Assembly (NCBI RefSeq): GCF_001194135.2
Contig: NC_068989.1
Location: 23,862,451-23,907,536 of the forward strand
DNA from: Octopus bimaculoides
Taxonomy: Eukaryota
Reading direction: 5' to 3'
Length of the DNA stretch: 45,086 nt
Shown here: piece by piece, positions 23,271 to 35,103 of the stretch
How positions within the stretch are numbered: position 1 is the first letter of the stretch
How the letters are laid out: every line of letters starts with the position of its first letter
The notes under the pieces: generated by a model
The model's input: only the letters and a program-made list of their open reading frames with translations
Database searches by the model: none
What the model was told of the DNA's origin: nothing
Translations under genes and position numbers: made by a program

Positions 23271-24245
23271 TTAAGCTAAAATAACAAACCCATAAAAGCT
23301 TTTCGCTATCAAAAGACAGTTTCAATGCACGATATATTACTGTTACTTGTTTTACAATATTTGAGGAATAGAAAATTAAACTTCGTTGGAATTACAACAT
23401 AGAAACATCAAACATGAAACTACCCAGATAAAATCACTTATATTATTTCCTTTTCTCGATCATTCAGCTCTAAACCGTACATTGAGAATTTTAGTTCTTA
23501 AACAAGCGCTCAATATTGCTCCCCACATACACACACATATACATACATACACTCACATTAATGTAATAAATCTTATCATTTCAACCTAACTATTCGCTGT
23601 ATATACTTAGATACTCGAAATTCAATATATATTTATAGAAGTTCAATCTAAACAATTCAAAGTGTATAATTCGGTATGAATGACAAAACAACTTACTAGA
23701 AATTGTTGGTTAAAGATCGATGTTAATGAATATCGATGAATGCTAATGTGATGAAGTTATTCCACCATATCTTCCTGAAGGATATTCGTTTCAAAGTGTC
23801 TTTTTTTTTAAATTTCTTTTTCGATAATCTATTTTTAACGTTTTCACCGTTTTTGTTCGTGTCTAAGAACGCTGTTTTAGACGGTTTCCTCTTGGTTTTA
23901 TTGCTATCGATGGGGATTAGATTGTTGTATTTTGATTGTCTTTCACACAGAAACATGAAGTTGTTGCTATTACTGTTTAGCTCCAAGCCAGTAACCGCCC
24001 CATCTTTTTATGGATACATTATCTACTTTTTTGGATTACAGTGCCTAAGGCATCCCTCGCTAATTTTAGACGGAGGGTGTGGTTTCAGTAGGGATTTGGT
24101 TACTCTTTCTTGCAGGCTGAGACCATTTAGGGTTTATTCTATTTAGCACACTGACTAATAATTGTTCAATTACTTTTTTTGTAATTTACAAGATGTAATT
24201 TTTCATACCTAAAATACATTTATTGCACAACACCCACGCACACGA

Positions 24246-24246
<1 letters not shown>

Positions 24247-24305
<59 letters not shown>

Positions 24306-24552
24306 NNNNNNNNNNNNNNNNNNNNNNNNNNNNNNNNNNNNNNNNNNNNNNNNNNNNNNNNNNNNNNNNNNNNNNNNNNNNNNNNNNNNNNNNNNNNNNN
24401 NNNNNNNNNNNNNNNNNNNNNNNNNNNNNNNNNNNNNNNNNNNNNNNNNNNNNNNNNNNNNNNNNNNNNNNNNNNNNNNNNNNNNNNNNNNNNNNNNNNN
24501 NNNNNNNNNNNNNNNNNNNNNNNNNNNNNNNNNNNNNNNNNNNNNNNNNNNN

Positions 24553-24608
<56 letters not shown>
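24247..24608. repeat. (CA)n microsatellite spanning a gap (N 24306-24552)
   Basis: Seen directly in the sequence. Confidence 0.95.
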
Positions 24609-24620
<12 letters not shown>

Positions 24621-25322
24621 AAAGTCAGATTGAATCTTGTTGGCTTGCAATGTTACCCAGCCAAACTGGCGCATAATGAGAAAAAACTTTGAATAAATTT
24701 CCTTTGAAATGTAAATATGTACGGAATGAAACAAATTTCGCGTAAATCGGATAAGTGGCTGTGGATATATTGGTCATTTTCAGGGTATAACTATCTAAAA
24801 TGGTGCATAATGGGAAAAGTCTCCGAAAATAATCTCTATCCTGAAAGGGAAGAAACTCTTATCTTGTGATTAGACACAGTGACTTAACGCAAAAATACGA
24901 TTTGTTTTTTTACAAAAAGCTAGCTGGCCTCGTGCTGTCAAAAATGACGGCTAATTGTAGTATTTTATATATATAAATAAGGTACATAATAATCACACAT
25001 ATAAACATTCACATACTTCCCTTTTACGCTCACACATATATACAAATATACTCACACAGAGTTGAAACGCTATTTGATTTTACTTTTCAACGTTGAATGT
25101 TCACTCGCACATAGAAGCATTCACATTTTGCCATCACCCCTTCCTTCCTTATTCATCTATCACCCCTTCCTTTCTCATTCATATGTTGTGATGACGAGAA
25201 ACACAAGACTATTGTTATAGTAGAAAGAATGTTTCTATATTCTCTTTTGTTAAACAAAATATTTTAATCATTATTTACATTATTTACATTTGACGGATAT
25301 TTGTCCTCATCTTGTTTGTTGT

Positions 25323-25370
25323 AAACACAACGTTTCGGCTGATATACTCTCCAGCCTTCATAAAGTGTCT
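25323..25370 (-). ncRNA. Hammerhead motif in the inverted terminal repeat (core mutated CTGATGA>TTTATGA)
   Basis: Reverse complement reads AGACAC-TTTATGA-A-GGCTG..CAGCC-GAAAC-GTT-GTGTTT. Confidence 0.55.
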
Positions 25371-25416
25371 TGGGGAAATTTCGAACCAGGGTTCTCATTC
25401 CTAAAGTATTTTTCGA

Positions 25417-25481
<65 letters not shown>

Positions 25482-25553
25482 TCGCTGCCTGAACTCGGAA
25501 TCTTGTTGTTAGTAGCCCGCGCTCTTAACCACTACGCCATATGCCCGTGGGCA

Positions 25554-25989
25554 TATACAGCCCATATGACATCAGGGCAGTATTCAAGAGTAATACAACA
25601 CTTCGCAAATACCTCCTTCGGGTAAAACCACCAACAGAAGAGAATATGACCAAAAACTGCGTGTACTCCATCCCATGTAGCTGTGGTAGGTTATACAAAG
25701 CGAAACATGTCGCCCACTCAAAATAAGGGTAGAGGAACATTGCAAAGCTGTGACACGAGGAGATACTGATAAATCGGGTACAGAAGATCATGTATGGAAA
25801 AATGGAGACCACCTCCCCCTGTGGGTTGAACTTAAAATAATAGACAGAGAACACCACTGAAAAATACGAAAACTAAAAGAAGCAGCACATATGCTAGGAC
25901 ACAACAACCTCCTAAGCAGACCGAGTGCAGATATAAATAGCATATGGGAACCGGTATTAAGGAAGGATAGGAGAATATTAGATTTATAA
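25554..25989 (+). pseudogene. Penelope GIY-YIG endonuclease remnant
   Basis: KNCVYSIPCSCGRLY, then frameshift to GETCRPLKIRVEEH..DH..IRKLKEAAHM..NLLSRP..; stop at 25987-89. Confidence 0.88.
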
Positions 25990-26018
25990 GCCCTAAAATT
26001 CACTCCATAATTGCCCAC

Positions 26019-26092
26019 GGGCATATGGCATAGTGATTAAGAGCGCCGGCTTCTAACCCCACAATTCCGAGTTCAATTCCAGCCAGTGACCT
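26019..26092 (+). other. tRNA-like (Pol III A/B-box) segment inside the Penelope terminal repeat
   Basis: A-box TGGCATAGTGA (TGGCGTAGTGG in the inverted copy); anticodon-like arm GGG-CTACTAA-CCC in the two-copy consensus; B-box-like GAGTTCAATTC; followed by (AAT)n. Confidence 0.6.
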
Positions 26093-26170
26093 GAATAATA
26101 ATATTAATAATAATAATAATAATAACAACAACAACAACATCGAAAAATACCAGGTTCGAAATTTCCCTAA

Positions 26171-26216
26171 GACACCTGATGAAGGCTGGAGGTTATGTCA
26201 GCCGAAACCTTGTGTT
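26171..26216 (+). ncRNA. Type I minimal hammerhead motif in the Penelope terminal repeat
   Basis: GACAC-CTGATGA-A-GGCTG-10nt-CAGCC-GAAAC-CTT-GTGTT; the inverted copy has G at position 16.2, giving the palindromic ACGT stem III. Confidence 0.7.
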
Positions 26217-26379
26217 AGCATACATGATGAGGACAAATATCCGTCAAATGTAAATAATGTACATAATTCTTCATCTCCTAAATATAGAACTGTAATATTT
26301 TTATCATTTAGAAATATTTTAAAGTGAATGTATGTATTTATATTTTAGCTTTCTTTAAACAGACAATATAATGTTTTTT

Positions 26380-27003
26380 NNNNNNNNNNNNNNNNNNNNN
26401 NNNNNNNNNNNNNNNNNNNNNNNNNNNNNNNNNNNNNNNNNNNNNNNNNNNNNNNNNNNNNNNNNNNNNNNNNNNNNNNNNNNNNNNNNNNNNNNNNNNN
26501 NNNNNNNNNNNNNNNNNNNNNNNNNNNNNNNNNNNNNNNNNNNNNNNNNNNNNNNNNNNNNNNNNNNNNNNNNNNNNNNNNNNNNNNNNNNNNNNNNNNN
26601 NNNNNNNNNNNNNNNNNNNNNNNNNNNNNNNNNNNNNNNNNNNNNNNNNNNNNNNNNNNNNNNNNNNNNNNNNNNNNNNNNNNNNNNNNNNNNNNNNNNN
26701 NNNNNNNNNNNNNNNNNNNNNNNNNNNNNNNNNNNNNNNNNNNNNNNNNNNNNNNNNNNNNNNNNNNNNNNNNNNNNNNNNNNNNNNNNNNNNNNNNNNN
26801 NNNNNNNNNNNNNNNNNNNNNNNNNNNNNNNNNNNNNNNNNNNNNNNNNNNNNNNNNNNNNNNNNNNNNNNNNNNNNNNNNNNNNNNNNNNNNNNNNNNN
26901 NNNNNNNNNNNNNNNNNNNNNNNNNNNNNNNNNNNNNNNNNNNNNNNNNNNNNNNNNNNNNNNNNNNNNNNNNNNNNNNNNNNNNNNNNNNNNNNNNNNN
27001 NNN
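26380..27003. other. Assembly gap (other gaps: 22981-22990, 42402-42820, 43731-44103)
   Basis: Runs of N. Confidence 1.
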
Positions 27004-27089
27004 ATATATATATATATATATAAATTCAGATATGTTTTCAGCTAAAGATTGACCCAGGCAATATCTAACTTAATAGCACCACCTTCTAG

Positions 27090-27600
27090 GATCTGTTATG
27101 TCATTCTAAGTCAAATATGTGGCTTATCTGGTACCTCTCTGGTGTCCAGCTTTCATTTGAAGATGGCAGGATCGTTTTGTATGATTTATTTTCGGATAAT
27201 GTTAATAAATAGACCAGGGCCTGCTAACGGAAAGAAATTGTGTTACAGTGAATTTGTGTTGTCAGCCTGAATTGTGTAAGGAGTGTATGGTACGTGGTAC
27301 CAACTTTGGATAAATTCTGAATCTAATGTTTAGGTCGTTCAGGAAATTCTTACCGTATATTCATCGCATTGTGTAAAAGATGCAGCGCTCAAAGCATTGC
27401 TGGAGAGAAAGTTTCAACGTTTTAAGGCGGTCTCAATAATCAAGATAAGTCATACCTTCTATTTTTTAGGGATTACTCTCGGGACGCATGCGCAGAGTGT
27501 TGTATATGGTGGTATACAGAATGTAGAATATGTTGATAGAGAAGGTTTCCCAGAGGTGTTTAGCGGGTGCTTTACAGTAACGAATTTGTTGCATTGTAAT
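27090..27600 (-). mobile_element. Decayed CR1-group LINE 3' region
   Basis: Reverse complement reads LDY*DRLKTLKLSLQQCFER..AGPGLF..FK*KLD..VPDKP, collinear with the 39098-39862 ORF. Confidence 0.6.
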
Positions 27601-28133
27601 GAAAGTAAAGAACAACACAATGTTCATTTCATATTGTCATTTAAAATCGTTTTGTTTTTTTAGATAAAGAAGGATTTTTCCGTGTGATGGTGAATGCTGA
27701 TCAACTGGAGTGGTTAGCCAGTGTTAGCATTCACATTTTTTCTGGCAGCCAAGGTGTCAAAATAGAAGAGTTTTGTTGGCCGCCATCCTTCGTTACTCAC
27801 GCTTCAAACTAACTGCTTTTATTGTCTTTATTTGTCAACCGCATCTTGTCTTCTTGTCTCCTCACTGACTACAAGTCCCATCTCGCTGCTTACTGAACAG
27901 CTTATCAGTTCGAGGTTTGTTCGCATTACGAGTATATCACCTATTCTTGATTACGAACAACTAATCTGGTTCAACAGATTTGTATTGAAGTTATAACATC
28001 TGCAAGTTTTTTGATCAGATTCCAAAGAACACAATTTATCTGACCTTTGCTGACGTCATTCAAAGAATTTGACGTGTAGCCGCTGGGCATCAGTGGTTAC
28101 ATTTTCCATGACGTCAAGGGTTACATTTTCCAT

Positions 28134-28285
28134 GAGCTGGCAGAGTCGTTATCGCGCCGGATAAAATGCTTGGAATTTCGTCTGTCGTTACGTTCTGATT
28201 TCTAATTCCACTGAGGTCAACTTTGCTTTCCATTCGTTTGGGATCGACAAAATAAGTACCAGTTGATTACTGGGATCGATGTACT
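28134..28285 (+). mobile_element. SINE family B, diverged copy
   Basis: GAGCTGGCAGAGTCGTTA..AAATGCTT..GAGGTCAACTTTGC..AAGTACCAGTT aligns with 37770-37926. Confidence 0.8.
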
Positions 28286-28623
28286 CATTTGAGACCGTTT
28301 TTCTTAATAATTAGCTTCAAATCAATGTTTTCACTTGGCTTAATTATTCCGATATTTTATTCGATACTATTAACTTGTACATACATATATACATCTTTAC
28401 ACATACATTAGTGTATGCATATCAATACTCGCTTGTTTCTGATCGGTCCGGAGTGAAGCTAAATATCTCTGTGCGGTTGCCAGCGTAGAACTGCTGGAAT
28501 TTGCTTCAATTAGTGGCGGGAGGTAGACATAATATGTAGAAGAAGAGTAGCGAGTATATGTGGTGATACCGGATAGCTTAATAGTGATTTATTGTCTTTG
28601 ATGACTTATTGAAAACTATCCAT

Positions 28624-28889
28624 CTCCTTGTTTCAGTCATTAGACGGTAGCCATGCTGAGGCAATGCCTTGAAGATTTTAGTCGAACAAATCGACCTAGT
28701 CTGGTATATATTCTATCGGTCTCTTTTGACGAACTACGAAGTTGCGGTGATGGGCTTCCATACAGTTTCCATTTGCCAAATTAACTCACAAGACATAAGC
28801 CAGCCGAGAGCTATAGCAGAAGACATGGACTGAATCCGAAACCCTGAAGCTGTGGAGCGGGCTTCTTAACTACATTGCCATACCTGCGT
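28624..28889 (-). mobile_element. SINE family A, diverged and internally deleted
   Basis: Aligns with 11288-11694 but lacks the central CA/TG-rich part. Confidence 0.75.
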
Positions 28890-30177
28890 ATATATCGAAT
28901 AGTTTTCCAATTTTATTTATTTTTTAAATCATTGAAATTGTATAGAAATAAATTAAACACAATGTTTGTGATAAAATTGTTGATTCCTTCATCTTGACGT
29001 TTTTTCTTTACTAATGACAGCATTCATTTTTTTTTTCAACGATTTAACATTATTAACTCTGAAATATTATCGGTAATTTACTTATTCATGTTTTATGTAG
29101 TGATGATTTTATAATGTGTTAATCGCAGGAAACAAATCATTAATGATAGCCCATCGATCAAATAGAACGTGATCCCATCTCAAGTACATTTTCTAACCAA
29201 TCGTTTATCATAGCAATGTTAGCAGGAGAGAAGTATTGAAACAAACTTCTTCACTCACTCTCTATATTTCAATTTATCATAGTCTCTTTTGTTTTGACAA
29301 TTGCTTCATTATTTTCAAATGGATTTCATAGAATCCTATACGTGTGTAGAAGATAAGCTATTTGACTACATCAGATTGCGTTGAAAACATAAAGAAAGGA
29401 AAAACCGAAAATTTGAAAAGCAATAAATTTAAATCATTCCATCGTCAATTAAACGATCTTCTGTTATTGGTAGAATTTAATATATTCATTTAATCTTTTC
29501 CCAACAAATATAAAACGATCTAATGAGCCGGTGATATTTGGCCGATTGCTTTCTCAGAATCAGAGTCAAAGTGATTATACATCAAATTGGAAAATGTAAA
29601 TTTCTCGATCTGGAATTAATTGTAGCAGTGGTTTACAATATCGAGATAAGGATGAATAGGGAAGGAAAAAGGTTTGTTGCTTTACTGTTTAACATACTAT
29701 AAATACTACACTTTCTGCTACTTCAAAGATTGGCGACAAGATTATTAGAACATGAGAAGAGAAAAAGAAAAGAACATAGAATTTAGTTACTGGAACAGAC
29801 CAAGACATTTTCTTCGAGCAACCACCTTCATAAAATATTCATAGAATACACAGTATGATATTTGCATTACAGTTGCAACCTAGATAGGTCAAATTTCCAC
29901 ACAAACTATAAATACACCACAAATGTAGAAGTTTATTTTAAATTCATGCTTGTTTTTTAGCTACTAACATAAAACATCGAATACTATTGCAGATACCTAT
30001 CTCTCCATATTGAAAATAAATTATTTGCATTTTATCAACACCAAATTGAAGCTTACTTCTACTTCTGTTAAGTTTTAGATATGATAAGTCACAGACAAAT
30101 CTTCTCTCAACTGAGCTATTATGTAGGGAACAGACGATAGTTCACATGAAACAAAGGAGATTAGATAAATGAATGGT

Positions 30178-30810
30178 TTCCACTTTTATCCTATATTTCG
30201 ATATTTCGGAGTTGGAGCCCCTTTTAGATTTGGTGTTGCGAATGGCTTTTCTGCTCTTTAGTTTCTGTGTTTGTGTGTGTGTGAGAGTGTATCTGTGTGT
30301 GTGAGTGTATATGTGTGTGCGTGTGTGCGTGTGTTTTGTTTAGTGAGGGAGACTTGGTACGCGCAGGTTAGCACTGATATAGCCAATCATATGCGTGCAG
30401 TTCTGTTCTTTAGAAAATGCAATAGATTATTACATTGGATGTCCTACCAGAAAAATGCTCATCCAACTTTAACAACATCTCTATGCTGATGTTTCTTCCG
30501 TCAAATGCAGACATTCCACACTCAAAACGTCAAGGTCTCCATTTACATTAAGGTACGACACGTTGGAAACTTGAGATTAAAAGAATCCATCATGATTAGC
30601 AACACCAAACCCCATATTAACAAAAGAACTGAGCTACACGCAGCCGATTGTTTATTATACCAATATTTTCCTGCGTATGCCAAACCCCACCCTCCGTAAT
30701 CACACGTACAATGCAGTAAAGCTAGTCTCAACACCAAATCTCCGATGTACTTTACCTAAAGGAGATGTGGTCTTAATCACAAAATATCGAAATATAAAAT
30801 AAAAATGGAA
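30178..30810 (+). mobile_element. Older Penelope-like relic with short inverted arms
   Basis: ORF 30505-30699 NLRLKESIMISNTKPHINK resembles a GIY-YIG C-terminus; CAACACCAAATCT and AAATATCGAAATATA..TGGAA occur inverted at 30178-30238 and 30729-30810. Confidence 0.5.
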
Positions 30811-32245
30811 GGAATTGATTCATCTTCTTTTGTTTCACCTCAATTATAATTTAATTTGGTTTTGCGAATTATAAATAAGGTGAAACAAACATAAAAACCT
30901 TTACTTTTTTGCACATAAAGATTCATTTAAACTGTACATAATAAATCAATTTGATGAATTAACATGAGAACATATTATCGAAAGTGACTTTGAAGGAATT
31001 TTGATATATTCCGGCATGTCATTTTTGATTTTCAAATCACCCAAGTAATTACTTATTTATACTTAGAACACAGGAGTAAATTTCATGCCGCGAGAATGAA
31101 GAAAAGACTGAGGTTTTGTACAAAATTCTTCATCTGAAAGAAAATAAATAACAGAATCATTTGTATCACATTTTGCTAACAAATTGTATCATTAGTTTTG
31201 TCATTTACTGCAGTAACTAAATTATTAATTTAAAAACTAATGAGATATAAAGTAAATATCATTTGATAGACTTTGTTGTAAAAGTTAATTTTACATTATA
31301 AGATCCAACGTCAATTTTAGGAACAGTATTGTTTCTCGGGGTATAAAAATGATAGATGCAGAGTATTTTCAGAATCGTTAGAGCATCTGAGCGAATGTCT
31401 TGTGATATTTAGTTACGGCCATTTATGTTCGGAGATTAAATCCTGTCTAGTTCGACATTACATTTCATTCGTACGCAGTCAATAACGCAAGTGCCAACAC
31501 AATGTTAAATTGGAGGTTGATATAATCTTATATTTACTTCCTTGAAAAAAACATCAATTCATTTGACCATTCGTTTATCTCTTATCAAGCATTTGGCTTT
31601 ATTCATCGCACAGGGCATAGATAAATAAATAGTAGTTTGTATGTTTAAGATGAAACGGTAAGTTATTATTCGTTGTTGACATTAATAAATCATCTTTCTT
31701 ATGAATGTACCTTTAATATGGAATGGAAATCTTAATTTCATTTGTTACATATAATGGAATTAAGGAAACAAAGCATATATTGGTTGCTTTTCTCAATAAA
31801 TATATCACCAGATCTGATTTATGTCTTCCAATCTATCATGTGTAGAAAGAACGATTTTTTAATGTCAAAATGTCTGCCAACATAGTATTTAATGATTCAC
31901 AATTTATTAATGTTGTACGATGATATGTCAAATTATAGCTGATATCTCTGTTGCTTCAGGAAACGGAAGTAGAAATAAGATATATCGCATTTTAATTTGC
32001 AGATTCGACTAAAGACATTAAGTATGGAAGACAACATGGCGACTAGCAGATATAGTAAGTCGGTATTTAAAATGTACATTTATTTTTCGCATATCAAGGA
32101 AGTAGAAAAGATGGTTTGGTATTCGGCTCATGATGCAGATAGCAACTAATTTCAATCACCTTTTAAACTAAAATATAAACTTATTAAAGAAAATCAGAAG
32201 CGTAAACTGAACATATCTCTTTACATGAAGATGGAGGAGGGACAG

Positions 32246-32286
<41 letters not shown>

Positions 32287-32369
32287 GTGTGTGACTCTGT
32301 TTGTGTGTATGTGTGTGTGCATGTGTGTACGCGTGTGTGTATTTCTATCTGTATCATTCTAACGGTTTA

Positions 32370-32660
32370 CACACCGTTAGAAAGCAAGATGCCACAGAAT
32401 TGACTGAGATAAAATCATCTCTTGATAGACTTGTTATGTTGAAAACAATGTTTGTTGAAGCAAAACAGGTTTCGTTTAAGCAGGTTACACTCAAGTGCAC
32501 GGCAGCATTGACGAACCTCAACAAAAGCGAAACGCGTCTGTCATTCTCGTAGGTCACTGCAGCGATGATGTCCCGCTCCGATATATATTGTTTTTAACAC
32601 AAATCTATAAAAAGATTTTATCTCAAAGAATTCGATAGCATCATGTCTTCTAACGGTATG
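32370..32660. mobile_element. Putative TA-flanked MITE (Tc1/mariner-type TIRs)
   Basis: TA|CACACCGTTAGAAAGCAAGATGC ... GCATCATGTCTTCTAACGGTATG|TA. Confidence 0.55.
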
Positions 32661-33547
32661 TATACTTTAGTGTGTTATACAGATGATGATTAAAATGTAA
32701 TGGTGTTTCAAATGAGTACACCGAGTTTACTCAAACAGAAACGACCACCACACACACACATATACTCTCATACGCACGCGCGCACACACGCACACACACA
32801 CACACATATATATATATATAATCCCTCAATCTATCTATCTATCTATCTATCTACACACACACCAAAGTTTGCCCTTCTCTTGCTACAGTTACATTAATAA
32901 AAGTCGTATGATGCCAAACTAACATCAGTTCATATACTTCTTCATTCTGTAAATTTTGAAAGAACATTTCAGCTTCTTTTATGAATGCGACGCAGGATGT
33001 AACTTCGACATGACATTCAACAGTACAAAGCTCCATAGTTCAAAAAGATTAATGGATGTCTATTAAGATCTTTTCAAGATTAGCCTGTTAACAGCTACTT
33101 TTCTTCAAATTCAAGTCACTTTGACGATATTTAACAAATGTACCTATGTTTGTGTTTAAGCAATTTAACCTGCAAGCGACAAGATTATTAACTCAGTAAT
33201 CTATAAATCAAGCGGAAGATACGGGCGTATTTCTTCAATTCATAAAGCTTGTTCTATATGACTAACAGTCATTTAAAGAGTTTAAATTACTCTGAGATCA
33301 TGCATGTCAATTAATTGGCTTGTCAGTGAAGATTAAAAATTTAAATTTGTGAAAGAATAAATATATTCTCTAAAGTAACTTTGAATTTAAATTCCCTGAG
33401 CAATCTTAAGAACATGACAACTCAAGTATCGTAATTTTCACAGATATCTCATTCTCGCCAATCTAGCATAAGCCAATATTGAATTAAATTGTTCACAATC
33501 TAATATGGGTAATGTATGTTTGACAATAAATGCACATAAAATTTATG

Positions 33548-33656
33548 TTGACTACAGGGATTAATTCATTTTACACATAATTATATTATTTAGACTTGAC
33601 CTTAAGTAATTTTGGTACTGAAAACTCGAGAGAATGTTTGTGGGACTGACAAGAAA

Positions 33657-33700
<44 letters not shown>

Positions 33701-33737
33701 TTACACAAGTTTAATTTTCGCAAGTTTTACAAATCAA
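33548..33737 (+). repeat. Diverged direct repeat, copy 1 (includes (AT)n)
   Basis: TGACTACA..TATATTATTTAGACT..AAGTAATTTTGGTA.TGAAAACTCGA..GGACTGACAAG..TTTAATTTTC is shared with 34937-35103. Confidence 0.85.
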
Positions 33738-34124
33738 TGAAGCAGCTTGTATGTGGTTACTTGTCTCATTAGAAATAGTGGTCAAATCATCTTTAGTTGA
33801 TATTTGACCATATTATAAAGCAATGAAATGGTGGCATTGTAGTCCTTAATATTCAAAGAAAAGAGATGGTCAACACTTAAACAATTTTGACCTTATGTCT
33901 TCTCGATGAAGGCTGACTTTGGTTTAAATAATAACAACATCTTACGAACATTATTATAAAATAAATAAAGGTGACGGGTCCAGCATGACCTTGATGTCTA
34001 AAACAGACTAAAGAACTGAAGAACATAAGTTTAAATTAGTTTGATACATTTTAAATGAAAGAATAAAGGAATTAAGTTTGGTCGCGTCAGAGTAAATCTG
34101 CGTTAAATAGAGAATCCATTTTGC

Positions 34125-34215
34125 GAGGAGGCGTGGGTTATAGTTAGGGTGTTTGGTTCAGGTCAACAAGGTCGTGGGCTCAATTCCTAGACCGACCAGC
34201 ACGTTTATTCCTTCT
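34125..34215 (+). mobile_element. Decayed tRNA-derived SINE head
   Basis: GGAGGCGTGG..GTTAGGGTG..GGGCTCAATTCCTAGACCG resembles the family C head. Confidence 0.5.
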
Positions 34216-34936
34216 GTAAATCACCAGCTTATGTTGCACCAGTCTACCCGTCCGAGTACTTGGAAGCTGTCATATCCTATATATGCCAATGAGTTATGAA
34301 TGATAGGATCAAGAGCGTTCTAAGCCTGCTCCCAACTACATCAACACCTTAAACAAGTAACGAAAGCACAATACATGCTCCTATGCTACATTCTTTTACA
34401 AGCGACGGCTAAAAGAGTTGCTCATATTAAATCAGAACATCTCATATTAGAATTTTGCATTTTACTCATTCGCGTTCAAACTGCAAATGTCACAGAACAG
34501 GCTTTGCCAAGGTAGCGCTCCAGCATCATTTTGGCTATGATAGCTGAATAAAAAGAAAACAGAAACAAATAAAGAATTATTATATCACTGGGAGAGAAAT
34601 TTTACATTTTAACATTCGCTTTGCAGTAATGTTACTTTAAAGAGGTCAAGCGACTAAACACATCTTTTAGGGTCTAGTTAATATATATTATGTCTGAAAT
34701 TTAACCAAATTCTCTTAATTACGAATTCATTACACCCTTCTTTCTCTACATAATCTACATATTCTCTATAATCTGTTTCTCCTCAACTCCTATCAGGAGT
34801 ATCTATATTATCAACATATAATGATGATGATGTGAAACAAGAATGCAACTACTAAATGGCAAATGAAACCAGTTCCATATGCGAAAGATTTGCTCAATCA
34901 CTAGGCTAGAATGCCTGTGATCACAGACTTCCTTTA

Positions 34937-35103
34937 TGACTACAAGGATTAAGTATTTTTTATTAATTTTATATATATTATATTATTTAGACTAGACCTA
35001 AAGTAATTTTGGTATTGAAAACTCGATTAAATGTTTATGGACTGACAAGGAAATTATATATTCTTACTCAGGTTTAATTTTCTTATATGTTCTACGAATC
35101 AAC
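34937..35103 (+). repeat. Diverged direct repeat, copy 2
   Basis: See copy 1 at 33548-33737. Confidence 0.85.

Larger units (their letters stand above)
25270..26266 (+). mobile_element. 5'-truncated Penelope-like element with an inverted terminal repeat
   Basis: 25270-25553 is the reverse complement of 26012-26266; these arms enclose a GIY-YIG coding remnant. Confidence 0.9.

Noticed and set aside
24040-24125. Possible SINE 3' fragment
   Set aside because: The resemblance is from recollection only, with no second copy in the window to support it
26019-26092. Functional tRNA gene
   Set aside because: The acceptor and T stems pair poorly, there is no oligo-T terminator, and it is embedded in a duplicated retroelement repeat
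33548-35103. TRIM or paired LTRs
   Set aside because: No TSD, primer-binding site or polypurine tract
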